Assembly: GCA_964016885.1 (NCBI GenBank) | Contig: OZ024742.1 | Coordinates: 84,382,001-84,446,000 of the forward strand | Length of the DNA: 64,000 nucleotides | Reading direction: 5' to 3' | Source: Eledone cirrhosa | Lineage: Eukaryota | In this document: positions 13,916-27,225 of the stretch, piece by piece | How the letters are laid out: every line of letters begins with the position of its first letter | How positions within the stretch are numbered: position 1 is the first letter of the stretch | The notes under the pieces: generated by a model | The model's input: the letters and a program-made list of their open reading frames with translations, nothing else | Told to the model about the DNA's origin: nothing | The model's database searches: none | Translations under genes and position numbers: made by a program

Positions 13916-15092
13916 CTACATACATACATATATACATACACACAGTTACGTATATATATAGCTATGCATTTATACATTTGTATATATACATGCATTTATA
14001 TTTAAGTGTGTAAGGATGTTGACATGATTTATGTTGTTTTTGTTTTTGGTAAGGAGAAAAGTTTTGTATCCAGATTTTATTACCTAGGGAGATTAAACAC
14101 CACACCTCTGACTGAAAGCTGACCAGGTTCTCAACCTCATCAAACGCTAACGCCGGCCCGTGTGTGTGTATGTATGTATGTATGTATGTATGTATGTATG
14201 TATGTATGTATGTATGTATGTATGTATGTATGTATGTATGTACGTATGAATGTGTGTGTATGTTCGTATGTATGCATATGTATACACCCACACCTTTCAC
14301 CACCATTGCTTCTTTTTGTTGTCATTTCTGTTGAAGTTGTTCTTGTAACAGTTGTCAATGTTGACGTTGTCCTTATTTTCATTTTCTTTGATTTCTTGTG
14401 TTTTTCTTTTTTCTCCCTAGGGAATTCGTTGACAAGCTTCTTTTATTTATTTTCTTCGTTTTCTTCATTCAAATGCATTCATACTGGCTGTCTAAGGGAC
14501 GTACAAATATGACTTATAAAACTTACCAAACTAAAGGGGTTTCCAGCGCCCCTCTAGCCCCCCCCCCCCAATCTTCAAACGCCCCTAACGCCTCCTGGCT
14601 CCAAAACGCCACCCTGAGAACCTTTGATCTAACTATATAATAAAGTAAGGAGTGCGGGACTGCATCCAGAATAATTTTGTTATCCCGTTTGTAAAATAAG
14701 TTCGATTACTTTGAATAAATAATGAATGAATATTACATAATTTATGTACTAAATTTCGTATTTATAAATAATTTAAAAATGAGTTCTTTTCAAAGTTACA
14801 AATTTCTACACTTCCGTTATATCGTCGCCATTACCACCACTTCACCTACCATATATATAGAAAGAGAGTGTTTGTGATGAGAGAGATAGAGTTATTATGA
14901 GTTTATACACGCTGACGCGTATGATTGTGCACATACATAGATCTATAGGAATGAGTATATAACTATAATCGCACAAACACAAACTTATAAAAATACACCC
15001 TCACGTACATACATTCAGATAAATACACATACTTTCACACAAAAATATTCACACAAACACACATTCACACATAGATTTACACAAACACACAC

Positions 15093-15722
15093 GTACAGTC
15101 ATGATAGCGTTCGGTGAATTGGAAATGGGAGGGTAAAACAAGTATAACGTTTTATTTATTTATTAACAACACAGTTTAACTCTTTTTTTTAAAACTCGTT
15201 TGTATAAAAATTAAATATGCTTACAGAACGACAACACAAACAAATATGATATATACAAACGAAAGGAAAACGAAAAAAGTGAAAGAGAAAAAAAATACAC
15301 AAGCACGTAATGCACACATCTAAGACCACATAGGCTGGATAATGTAGTTAGCTAACAGAACACGGTAGCAAAAATGTCACTAACTGTGACGTCTCATTCA
15401 CACAAATACACTTACTTTCACACAAACACATACATACATTCACACAAACACACATTCACACATATACCTGTACACAAACACACATATAGTCATACAGTCA
15501 TGATAGCGTTCGGTGAATTGGAAATGGGAGGGTAAAACAAGTATAACGTTTTACTTATTTAATAACAACACAGTTTAACTCTTAAAAAAACCCACTTATT
15601 TATATAACAATTTAATATAAAGCTTACAGAACGAAAACACTAACAAATATAATATATACAAAGGAAAGGGAAAGGAAAAAAAGAAAGAGAAAAAATACAC
15701 AAGCACGTAATACCCACATCGG
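15093..15722. repeat. Tandem duplication of the 3' UTR of the adjacent CRE-like element plus flank
   Basis: tacagtcatgatagcgttcggtgaattggaaatgggaggg...aagcacgtaat recurs at ~15094 and ~15493. Confidence 0.8.
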
Positions 15723-16270
15723 AGACTCCACAGAACAATATGCAGGTGAAAGAATGGAAAACAAGACGCTACCAGAGCAAAAGATAGCAATGTAGCGAGG
15801 AGCACTGGGAAACCTCTCTAATAATTTTTGACGTAAGCCAGCACGCTCGCAGCGTTACCTGGGGTAAAGACTAGGCTGAGGTGCTGGAAAAATCAAGTGC
15901 CCTCACGAGCATCACCAGTTACCTTTGTTTGGCGAGCCGCCATTGAAGATAAGAACGTCGCTGTCAGTAGCCCGGCTCCCCCAAACGTCTCGAACACGAC
16001 AGGCTGGATAATGTAGTTAGCTGACAGAACACGGTATTTTAGGATTTTGTTCCGTCAAGTTGCAGATGCTGTAGCTCTCGTCCTTACCGCTGCATCCAGG
16101 ATGTGGCAAGAAGCAAAAGAGTCACTAACTGTGACGTCCCAGGTAAGGCATCTGCCTCTTGACCAGGAGCACAGAGTAAGACCGTCAAGTCTTTTCCCAT
16201 CAATTCTGGACAACCCAGACGGTTCCAAAATTGAGGGGATGTTTGCCTGGGCAAAATCTCTTGAGTGGTA
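15550..16270 (-). mobile_element. 5'-truncated CRE-like (restriction-like endonuclease) non-LTR retrotransposon
   Basis: LEPSGLSRIDGKRLDGLT..WSRGRCLTWDVTVSD, then K..KY and PVVFETFG...HLSL...GNAASVL: an RLE (PD-D/ExK) C-terminus. Confidence 0.75.
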
Positions 16271-16429
16271 ATTGCACAGTGTGTGTATGTGCACGCGCGA
16301 GATTGTCAGTCTACTTAAATTAGAGACATGTGTATGTGTGTCGGTGTCCCTGTTTTTAAGTTAGAGACATATATGTGTGTATCCCTTTCCTTCGTTTTAC
16401 ACACACATACATTCACACAAACACAAATT

Positions 16430-17045
16430 CACATTGTGTGATGGATGGGTGGACAGAAGTCCTCAAATTTATATACATGTGAATGGAGTTCTACTGAAGC
16501 AGTTAGAGAAGTTTAAGTATCTTCGAGCCGTATTCATGAGTGATGGAATGCAGGAGGCTGAATTAAGTGCAATAATTGCAAAAGCTGATGCAGTAATGCA
16601 CTAGACTCAGCATTCAACAATCAGAAGAAGGGGGTAGGTATAAAAGCCAAACTCGCTGTCTTCCTGGTATTCCTGCCAACTCCTACAAAAGTAGAAACAA
16701 TTAATCTTGGATAATGGTCAATTACAAATAAAAGCGGCTCAGAGACCAGAGAGTCACTCCGGGTAGAGCCGCTACTATCCGAATTGAGAGACCACAACTC
16801 CGATATTATGAACATGGGGTTAGAATGTCTCAGTAAAGAATCGCTCGACATATTTTACAGGCAAAACCAACCGACAAGAGACCCAGAGGTAGACTCTGAA
16901 CAATATAGTTGGATAATATCCATGAGCTTGGCTGCTCACGCTTTGGGATCCAGCTGCATCAGTTAGAGATGTTTGATTCTGACAGACTCGCTGAAAGGAG
17001 TGTTTGAGAAGGACTCTACTCTCACGACCCTCGAAGAAGATATTG
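16430..17045 (+). mobile_element. Degenerate RTE-group LINE 3' fragment
   Basis: IHVNGVLLKQLEKFKYL..VFMSDG..EAEL..IIAKA..VM, then KAKLAVF: the post-RT thumb region of RTE/Rex3-like LINEs. Confidence 0.6.
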
Positions 17046-17263
17046 TCAATTTCCATTTAAATTAACATATATATATTTGCGTACAATATCAATATGCACA
17101 CTACATATGCTAGCAGAAAACCGCCCAGTTCTCCATGCTATCCGGATGTCCTTCATCCATTTGTTGTTGTCATGAGAACGGTATCCTCAGATGATAACTG
17201 ATATGTTTGATATGCAGCCGGCAGGAAAAAAAACACAAGTCCTATTGCTTGTGTGTCCAGCAG

Positions 17264-17322
<59 letters not shown>

Positions 17323-17672
17323 CTTTATTATATTGGTGGAATTCATAGATTTATTTGCTTGTTATCAGCCTAATAGATTCTATTTGGGTTTCACTTTCCT
17401 GATAGTATATCACATTGATTTACTTTGTCACAAGTTCTCGCCGCTCGTGTTCTCGGTGGCCCCTATGCATTTAGTACTGCATCGATTTAAATTCACCATT
17501 ATATATATATATATAAATATATATATGTGTGTATATATATATATATATATACATATGTATGTATAGTATAATTTGGCAATATACCGTATGTTTAACTGAA
17601 AAAATTGTGAAGACCATGCGCTATTGTGAAGACCATGTCACTTACTTCCTTTCCGTGAAAGAAGGGAGATAA

Positions 17673-17714
17673 GCTTACAGTCTGTTTTTCACGCTGTTTG
17701 GCGATCTTCAGAGC
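17673..17714 (-). ncRNA. Minimal type I hammerhead motif (2 extra A after GAAA)
   Basis: GCT-CTGAAGA-T CGC caaaca GCG T-GAAA(AA)CAGACTGTA-AGC. A second decayed copy lies at ~17990-18030. Confidence 0.55.
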
Positions 17715-18266
17715 CACGCACTCCCTGCTTACGCCGAACATTATAGAAGCTGGATTCTTATAGAATTCCAGTAATAATCAGGAGCTGATTATACAGAGCG
17801 ATTGCCGGTCCAGCAAAAATTAAGTTTTAGGATTGGTGCTCTGAAATTGCGATGTATACATGAATGTATATATATTATATTTGACAATACACCGTATGTT
17901 TAATTAAAAACATTTTGAAGACCATGCGCTATCGGTTTTAAAGTAGTGACTATGTCACTTAATTCTTTTCGGTGAAAGAAAGGAGAGAACCTAATAGTCT
18001 GTTTCGCGCATTTTGGCGATCAGACCAATCCTAATACCTAATTTTTGCTGGACCGGCAATCGCTCTGTATAATCAGCTCCTGATTTCCTGATTATTACTG
18101 GAACTCTGTAAGAAACCAGCTTCTATAATTTTCGGCGAAGGCCGGAAGTGCGTGGCTATGATTATCGCCATAGATATACATATATATATATATCATACAT
18201 ATACATATATATATATATATATACATACATAAATATATACATACATAGATATATATACATATATAC

Positions 18267-18356
<90 letters not shown>

Positions 18357-18437
18357 ATATATATATAATATCGAGAAAGCAAATAGAGGAAACGTTTTAA
18401 AATAAATTCTAAAAAATTCGCTGTACTTACTATATGT

Positions 18438-18506
18438 GCCTTTACCGCGGTTTCATGATCCAGAATAAACGGATTTCTATTGAGAAGGGAGCAATCTTCA
18501 GAAGGC
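18438..18506 (-). ncRNA. Type I hammerhead ribozyme
   Basis: GCCTT-CTGAAGA-[extended stem/loop II]-GAAAC-CGCG-GTA-AAGGC. Perfect 5-bp stem I, palindromic loop III, GUA site. Confidence 0.75.
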
Positions 18507-18589
18507 TCTTCTCCCCCGAGAATATAAAATTCACGATTTCAAATCACAAACTGACGCCATACAAAACCATCCCAAATGAGAGCGGATAT

Positions 18590-19012
18590 ATTGATATGTG
18601 ACGTCAGGGAGACTGGCCTATAGTTTTTGGTCTCCACTCTACTACCTCCTTTATGGATAAGGCATATTGTGCCTTCTTTCAGCTCCCTGAGTAGAATACC
18701 GCTTGCCAAGTAGCTTCTGAAGAACGTCTTCTCTGGAGTTGCTAACGCCCGCTTACATCTTTTTAAGGGGACTGCTGGAAATCCACCAGCTCCAGCAGCT
18801 GAGTCTGTTCTAATTTCATCTATGGCGTATACCACATCCGCCTCCGTTATGTCTATGTGGTTGATGGTCGCCATTTCTTCATGGAGTGCTGTGGCACCAA
18901 AGAACTCCTCTGGCTTTGTTATTTGCATGTGCCTCAGTGGACATGTGAACACACGTTTGTACAGTTCGTCCAGTATTTTACATATCTCTTGGGGATTCTC
19001 GGTTAATGAACT
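18590..19012 (-). mobile_element. CR1/Jockey-group LINE ORF2 internal fragment
   Basis: PQEICKIL...AIDEIRTDSAAG..GFPA..LKRCK..LA...IHKGGSR....NYRPVSLTSHI. Confidence 0.8.
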
Positions 19013-19086
19013 GTCTATATATAAACAAAAATATAAAGTAATAACAGTGCAAATAGTAAACAGTGCAAAGTAGTAAAAACAAAACC

Positions 19087-19139
<53 letters not shown>

Positions 19140-19188
19140 GTATATATATATATATACAAACACCGCCACACCTGTATACACAGACACC

Positions 19189-19242
<54 letters not shown>

Positions 19243-19316
19243 TAAATATATATATTTAACGAAGGAAGTGTGGTAAGGAACCAGTTGTACCACAACGCAC
19301 CAGAGTACTCGATACT

Positions 19317-22300
19317 TTTTATTATTTATATAAGAAAAGAAAAAAAAGACATGGAAGCATATATATATATATAAACAATAAAAATGAAAATTGAAACAAT
19401 GAAAAATTCCCCAATAGGCGGGAAACCTCCGAAGGTTACTCGTGGCGAAAACTACACAAAAGACCACAGCCACCCTGACCACCAGGGCAAGCGCCCTCTC
19501 TCAATGTTTCCATTTCTCAAACTACAGACGTATATTCAGAGCGGTCCCGTTCACTCGGTCCATTCTCGCTAATTTCACCCACATTTCAACAAACTGATTT
19601 TCCTCTTCAAGTGAAACTTGAAAAAGTTAATCAGGGATTCGCCGAAGAGGAAAGTATCTGTCTTTAACCCTTTCAACCTTGTCCACCACACAATCTCTTT
19701 CGCCATGGCCACCAGACAGATGAAAACCGCCTGCCCTTCCTCCTCGAAGGAAGACGGCGAGACCATCTGCACAATGGACTCAGTCGATAACCGGATCAGT
19801 CCTACACACAACAGCAACTCTTCGACATAGCTCCACAAGTCAGCAATGCTCGGGCACTGAACGAGTCCGTGCACGACGGTTTCGTCGCTTTGCGCGCATC
19901 TTGGACAGGCTTGGCTGACGACACTTCCGTGCCCGTAGAGCTTATCTCGAACCCGCAACGCTCCCCGGTTGCACTGCCAGGCCAGGGATTTTTGGAAGTT
20001 ATCCATAGGCCCTGGGCTGAAAGTTCTCCGGAAGAGAAAAAACAGCTGATCTTCTTCGACGCCCATGATCTCTCCGAGAACGTCGTCGCTCTTCCCCTCC
20101 ACTAGTCCTCTATAGAAGGCCAAGGTGGATGTTCCACCGATACTGGTGCCCAGCTGGCAGTGAGCGCCGAGGTGGATGTTCCACCGATATTGGTGCCCAG
20201 CTGGTAGTGAGCGCCTGGAGACATTCCAGTTTCCAAGTGCTATCGCTCGGTCTTTTTCTGACCCAGGACTGCAGCTCCGTCAAGGAGACGAGTTGTGGGA
20301 AAACGTGCCTGGCGAACGGCGACCACACCTTTTCAACGTCAAGGAAGCACTAGAGATGTCGCAGCCTTAGCGCATGTTTGCGCATCATCAGTCATGGCAT
20401 GCCCAGTCCTCCACGCAACGGGTGTTGACAGATGATGGATCATCTGACCATCGGAGCGCGTCCCTTCCACAAAAAGCGGAAGAGGAGGCGCTCCAATTTG
20501 GTGAAAGTTGGGCCGGGACAAGGTACGATCGTGAGGCGGTTGCAGATGACGGATGCCATGTACGCATTCGCCACCACCGCCCGGCCTTTCATGGACAGCT
20601 TCTTCTCGGCCCATTTCTGGGTGAGGGAGGCCACCTTCCTCCTCACCTCGCTCCAGTTTTTCTCCATCTGGAGGTCCGGTCTGAAACAGACCCCGAGTAA
20701 TTTAATCGGTCCGTGAGTCCAACGCCCCACGACGCTGTCGGACGGCATGGACTTGCCTCTCCAGGCTCCGAGCTGCAAACCCACCGACTTTTCCTGGTTT
20801 ATATTTGCTCCTGTTACCGCTTGGTATTCCTTGAGAGCGGTGCCGAGCATCTGGACGTGTCTGGTGCTCGACACCATCGCCGTAAAGTCATCGACGTAAG
20901 CCGACTCGGATTTCCCGCATCCTAGTTCGCGTGGGACACCCCTCATCGCCCCCATTTTGTGCAGTAACGGCTCGAGAGCTAATACGGACAAGAGGGGCGA
21001 GAGGGGACAACCCTGGCGGACCGAGCGCATGATGCTGAACGGCTGCGACAGGTGATCGTTCACCATCACAACTGGGCAGATGTCGTTGTACATCGCAGCG
21101 ATCCAACCCCTGAAAACGGGCCGAAAAACTAGCTGCCTCGAGGACCGCCGCCAGATACCGATGGTCGACCCTATCGAATGCTTTGGATTGATCCAAGTTG
21201 ATCAGGGCCCCACCCGTGCCAGGTTCCTTAACCACTCTCTCTATGATGTATCGCATGAGGTGGAGGTTGTCGTGTATGGATCTGTCCGGAATGGCGCATG
21301 TCTGCGCCTCTCCCACCAGTCACTTGACGACAAGCGCCAACCTCGTTGCTAACACTTTGGCCAAAATCTTGAATTCCGCGTTTAGCAGGGTTATGGGCCT
21401 GAAGTTATCGATAACATCCCCCTTGTTCGGGTCTTTTCTTAGCAGCGCCACCGCTCCCCGGCTCACAAAACTGGGAATGCTCCCGTTCTGCTGCCAGTTG
21501 CAGTAGACGTCTGCCAAGAGGTCACCGAACAAGTCTGGCATAAATGCATAAAGCTCGTAGGGCAGACCATCCAAACCTGGTGATTTACCCCTCGTGCAGT
21601 TAGCCATCGCTTCCCGTATTTCACCGGCTGTTATTGGCTCTTCGCAACACTGTGCTGCAGTCGTCGAGGCAGTCCGTCGAATTATGCACTGAAGTCCATA
21701 CCCCGATCCACCCGCCGCTGCTCCGGAACAGTTCAGCAAAGTGCTGCTGAAAAGCTTCACACATCTGCTCGGATTCGAGCAACACGCGCCCGTTTTGGTC
21801 AGATAAAGACCGAATTGTGGCTTTGTTGCCACGTCGTGCCTCTGCCACCCGGGCCCATTGGACGGCTTTTGTCCCCTCGTGTTTCAGAGCACGCGCTCTA
21901 GCTCTGACAACGCAGCCTTCGTGTTTTGCGTTTTAGAATTGGTCGAGTGCCAATATCGCCGCAAGCACGTCGGTTGCGATGCCTGTCCTAAACGCCTCTT
22001 CTAGCTTTCTGACTAGCTCTCCCTCTACTCTATTTTCCTCTATAACTAGTCCTACGCTAAACCTAATCGACTCTACTTTAATTGCCCTTTTTAAGGCGAA
22101 ACTACACCTGTTGTTGACGACCGCTCCCGTCAACGCCCGCATAACTAATACGCTAACCGGTCACTGTAGGCTTTGCGCGCCGGGAAAGACGCGTTAAGCT
22201 TCCTGTAACCGGGTCCTTGTCTATGAAGTCTGTCTATGTCGATCTCACAGATCACAAATGTGTGGTCTGTGTAGTACACTATTTTAAATTGTGAACAACT

Positions 22301-24750
22301 TATACTAGCCTTATCTAGTTCTCTGCAGAATACCCTATCGAGATACAATCTGGATGACCCGATGCGGTTTGTCCATGTCCACATTGGCACATTCGGGTGA
22401 TCCAGTCGATACCTGTCAGACAGTTCAAAACGTCTGAGCAGGTTGGTGAGGCTCTTGCACCCTCCTCCCCTATCCACTAGTCCCACACAATCCCAGCGTG
22501 CATCCAAGATACCGTTCCAGTCACCCACTAACACTAAAGAGTTCCAAGAAAGGTCTCTAGACGTCTGAAGAAATCTGGCCGTCCTGTCCCTGTCGGGGCT
22601 ACTAGCCTGAAAGGGTTGCCTTCGGTGCCGCTTACGTCCAGCACCACCGACTTACCTTCTGGGTGCAGGAAGATGGTCCGTATGGCGAAACCCAAGCCTT
22701 TCCGAAACAACACAGCCACTCCGCCCCCAGCTCACGGACGGCTCGGAGATCCGTACACCTCGTAACTGTCGAAGATCGGTGCGAAAGCTTGTGTTTCGGA
22801 GATTCTCGTCCCGTTGATGGCCACCACATCTATGTTTAGTGACCTGAGGTCGTTAAGCAAGTGACCCTGCTGCCAAACCGAACTCAAGCCACGCACGTTT
22901 ACATTTCCGATCCTGAATACGGCCATGTTGGGTGAGGAACGAGGCAAGTGATAAAGGATCATTTACCTTGATCTTCGGCTCCATTGTGAGTATATCCGAG
23001 TATACTCTCCGGTTTAGTGTCCCTCCTAGGTCTCTGAAATCACCAACTGCGTTGGGGAATTTCATTTTAATGTTTGTGTATTGTTTCTGTGGTATTCTTA
23101 CCAGTCTTATGTTCGTTGGTGTTTTGATTGGTGCTGGTATTATGTAGTCGTGCTGTGAAATGTCTGTGTTCAATTATGTAAGTCATTAGTTTCTTGTTGT
23201 GTGTATTTATTACTGTGCATTTGTTTTTCTGGGGGTGGGTGGGGTTCTGCTATTTTCTTGTCGTTGTTGCTGGGTGTGTGTGTTTTGTTGTATTTGCGAT
23301 GTTGGTGCTTGAGGTGGTGTTGTTGACGGTGTTGTTGTTGTTTGCGGTGGGGTTGCCGCTGGTGGTGATGGTAGTGCTAGTGTGGGTGGTGATGGTGTTG
23401 GTGGTGTTGCTGCTGTGAGTCTCTTTGCAGTAGCCTTTACCCTTTTTCCATTTCTTCCCTCTCTTTTCGAAGGCGACGATGCGCTGCTTCTGCGTTTGTG
23501 CGTTCTTGCGACCTTTTGCCATCCCTCTCACACATCACACTCCATGTCCGATTCTGTGAGGTCGGGGAGGGGTACCAGCTCCACTCTTTCACTTTCTTGT
23601 TGGTGATGGTTGCAGTGGAGTCTCTGTTTCAGCTGCAGTTGGTATTACTGTTGGTATTACTCTCAATGGAGGCACCGACCCAATCTTCTCGTACTTTTTC
23701 TGTATTTGCAGTACAGTTGTTTTGTCCTCGATTCCGACGAGGACAGACGCTGCCAGCCTAGAAGGGGCCATCCATGGGGAGGGGGGGGGGACTTGGGTCA
23801 GTTTGACCCTCACAATTTTTTTGCCCACAGTAGGAGGGCACCAACACCATTTCATCGCTCCTTAGGGTTACTAAGGATTGAGCCTTTGCCTCCTGGGGTG
23901 TGGCAAAAAGCACGTCCACGGTGGCATATTTCTTGCCTCGGGTGATATGCGTTTTCCGCTGCCATACAGACCCTAAGGCTTTGAGCCTCTGTGGCTCTTT
24001 CAAACCTATGTGATTTTCTGCTAACTGTACGGTATGTGACCGTACAGTGATGTTGGATTTCGAAAAATTCTTCGGCTGCCTTGCAGATTGCTCGGTGTCC
24101 GGTTTTCGTCACCATCTTCCTTGCTTCCTGTAATTCCTCATTTGTTATAAGGATGGTTTCCAGGTTCTTTGTGATACCTGCAAACGAGATTGGTTTTTCT
24201 TTCCTGTTGTTATTGTGGACATAGCTACTGTTACTTTTGTTGTTGCTGCTGGTACTACGACTGCCGCCGCCGCTGTTGCTGCTGCTGCTGCTGTTGTTAT
24301 TGCTGTTGCTGCTGCTGCTGTTGTTGTTTATGCTGTTGCTGATGTTGTTGCGGCTGATACTAGTATTTTCCTCGCCACTGTTGCTGCTGCTGATGTTATT
24401 ACGGCTGCTGCTGCTATTCTTCATGACGTCAGACGAATGAAATGGCTTTCTGTATTTACCGCACACATGTTTTGTCGTTGTCGTCGTCGTGGAGAAATGT
24501 TCCACGGTACGCGCGTTCTCTCGATGAAGAACGCTACGAGAAACTACATTTTTCTTTTTCTTTAATGGCGTCGCTTGCGAAAGAGGCGACAGAGCGAGAC
24601 CACATTTAGAGAAGGGTGGGAGAGAGACAATCTTTTCTCTAAAGTAATGACGATTGGGGAAGAAGAAGACGGAAGGAGTGGGAGTGACTTGTGAAAATTC
24701 TTTTTTGTAGCCATGTTTTTTTTTACGGTTTAAAATGAATATTGGGCACA
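19317..24750 (-). mobile_element. Tx1/L1-clade LINE, near full length, degenerate
   Basis: ORF1-like region (24.75-23.1 kb, N/S-rich low complexity), then ORF2 with APE, RT and Cys-His domain. T-rich 3' UTR with AATAAA-like end at ~19320. The 5' boundary is approximate. Confidence 0.9.
19575..22926 (-). pseudogene. Tx1-like ORF2 (APE endonuclease + RT + zinc-binding domain), frameshifted
   Basis: NVNVRGL, LVGDWN, YLDRVF, YTDH (APE); KSPGLDGLP, NFRPITLLN, DQSKAFDRV, VRQGCPLSP, AYVDD (RT); CPRC..DETVVH...C. Confidence 0.9.
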
Positions 24751-24929
24751 AATCCCAATAACTGGTTATTTAACCACGTAGAGCCAATTAACGAGCAGAA
24801 AGACTCCTCTTAGGAGGAGGGGGATGTCTTTATCTACAATTTGGTTCAAGTTTTAAACAATTTACAATTGTTATAACGGTTAAAAATTACAATACCTTAC
24901 AGAGCCGAGCCTCCGTCAACCATGGCATC

Positions 24930-27050
24930 CAATAATAATAATTAACCACAAGGGTTTACACAAAGTAGACATTAAGGACAGTACAGGACAATACAGCACG
25001 GTACAAATGGGCATTTCTGCGTGTAAAAGACAAAAAAAGCAGAGGATGTAACAAAAAAGAACAATGAAAGATTCCCCAATAGGAGTGAGACTTCCGAGGG
25101 CCATCGTGGAGAAAGCCCATTAAAAAAAGCCACGGTGAACCTGACCACCAGGGCAAGTGCCCTCTCCCAGTTTCCCACCTTCAATTTACAGGCACATACT
25201 CAGAGTAGGCCCATTCTCTCGGGCCATTCTTGCCTCTCACACCCATCTTTCAACAAAATGCTGGGAAGAGAGCACTTCCCTCTCTACCCTGATTTTCCTT
25301 TTCAAATGAAATTTGAAAAAGTTAATCAGGGCATCACCGAAGAGGTAAGTGCTCGTCTTCAGCCCTTTCAGACGCGTCCACCATACTATCTCTTTCGCCA
25401 TGGCCACCAGACATATAAAAACTGCCTGCCCTTCCCGGCTAAAGGAAGAGGGTGGGGCAATCCTCACGATGGACTCAGCTGATAGCCAGATCCGTTCTAC
25501 AAGCGACAGCAGGTGTTCAACATAAACCCACAAGTCAGCAATGCTCGGACACTGGACGAGTGCATGCAGGACGGTTTCGTCGCCCTGCGCGAATCTGCCA
25601 TTTGGCCAGCTGACGGCACTTCCGTGTCTGTAGAGTTCATCCCGAACTGGCAAAGCTCCTCGGTAGAACTGCCAGGCCAGGGATTTCTGGAAATTGTCCA
25701 TAGGCTCCGTCCTGAAAGTTCTTCCGAAGATATTGGATAGTTGATTTTCGTTGACGCCTAGAGTTTCCCCAAGTACGTCGTCGCTCTTCCCCTCCACTAA
25801 TCCTCTATAGAACGCCAAGGTGGAGTTTCCACCGATCACATTGCCCGAATGGTCGAGGGGCGTGAGCGCGTGAAGACATTCCAGTCTCCAAGTGCTCCCT
25901 CTCGGTCTTCGTTTGACCCAGGAGTGCAGCTCCGTCAAGGAGACGAGCTGGGGAAAGACGCGTCTACCAAACGGTGACCACACCTGATCACCGTCGAGGA
26001 AGAGGTGGAGATGTTGTAGCCTGAGCGCGTGTCTGCGCATCATCAGCCACGGCATGCCAACCCCCCACGTAGCGGGTGTTGACAGCATATGGACCGCCTG
26101 ACCATCGGAGCGCGTCACTTCCACAAAATCGAAAGAGCAAACACTCCAGTGCAGTCAGGCGAGGCTTAGAACAAGGCACGACGATCAGGCGGTAGTAGAT
26201 GACGGACGCGATGTACGCATTCGCCATCTCCGCTCGACCTTTCAGGGATAGCTTCCTCTCTGCCCCTTTCTGGGTGAGAGAAGCCACCCTGCTCGTCACC
26301 TCGTCCCAGTTTTTGTCCGTCTGGAGGTCCGGACCGAACCAGACACCTAGCAATTTAACCGGTCCGTCCGTCCAGCGCCCGAAGACGCCGTTGGACGGCA
26401 TGGACCTGCCTCTCCATGTGCCGAGCTGCAGGCTCACTGACTTTTCCTGTTTCATCATTGCTCCTGTCACCGCTTCGTATTCTCTTAGTGTGGTGCCGAT
26501 CGCCTCGATGTGTTTGGCGTTCGACACCACTACGGTGACATCGTCCGCATATGCTGACACGGATCTACCGCATCCTAGTTCGTGCGGAACTCCCCTCAAC
26601 GTCTCCAGTTTGTGCAGTAATGGCTCGAGGGTCAATACGTATAGGTGGGACGAGAGGGGATATCCTTCGCGGACCGAACGCATGATGTTGAACGTTTCCG
26701 AAAGGTGACCGTTCACTTTCACCATAGAGCAGATGTCGCTGTGCATGGCAGCGATCCATCCTCTGAAGACGGGCCCAAAGCCAGCCGCCCTCAGAATTGC
26801 TGCCGGATAACGATGGTCGACCCTATCGAAAGCTTTAGACTGATCTAAATTGATCAAGGACCCACCCTTTCCAGATTCCCTAGTCACCCTCTCCACGATG
26901 TATCACATGAGGTGGAGGTTGTCGTGAATGGATCTGTTTTGAATGGCGCGTGTCTGCGCCTCTTCCACCAGACCACCAACTATAAGCGCCAACCTCTTTG
27001 CTAGCACCTTGTCCAAAATCTTGAACTCTGTGTTTAGCAGAGTTATGATA
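24930..27050 (-). mobile_element. Second Tx1/L1-like LINE, 5'-truncated, related subfamily
   Basis: Starts at ITLLNTEFKIL right after (TA)n; DQSKAFDRV, AYADD, DETVLHALVQCP; 3' end ...GGTTAATTATTATTATT. Confidence 0.9.
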
Positions 27051-27139
<89 letters not shown>

Positions 27140-27194
27140 TATACATATCTATACACACACATATACATATCTATACACACACATATGCATATCT

Positions 27195-27225
<31 letters not shown>

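Noticed and set aside
14123-14625. hAT-like element ends (GGTTCTCAACC ... TGAGAACC), similar starts at ~11131 and ~12895
   Set aside because: Termini are degenerate and no TSD was verified; too weak to annotate.
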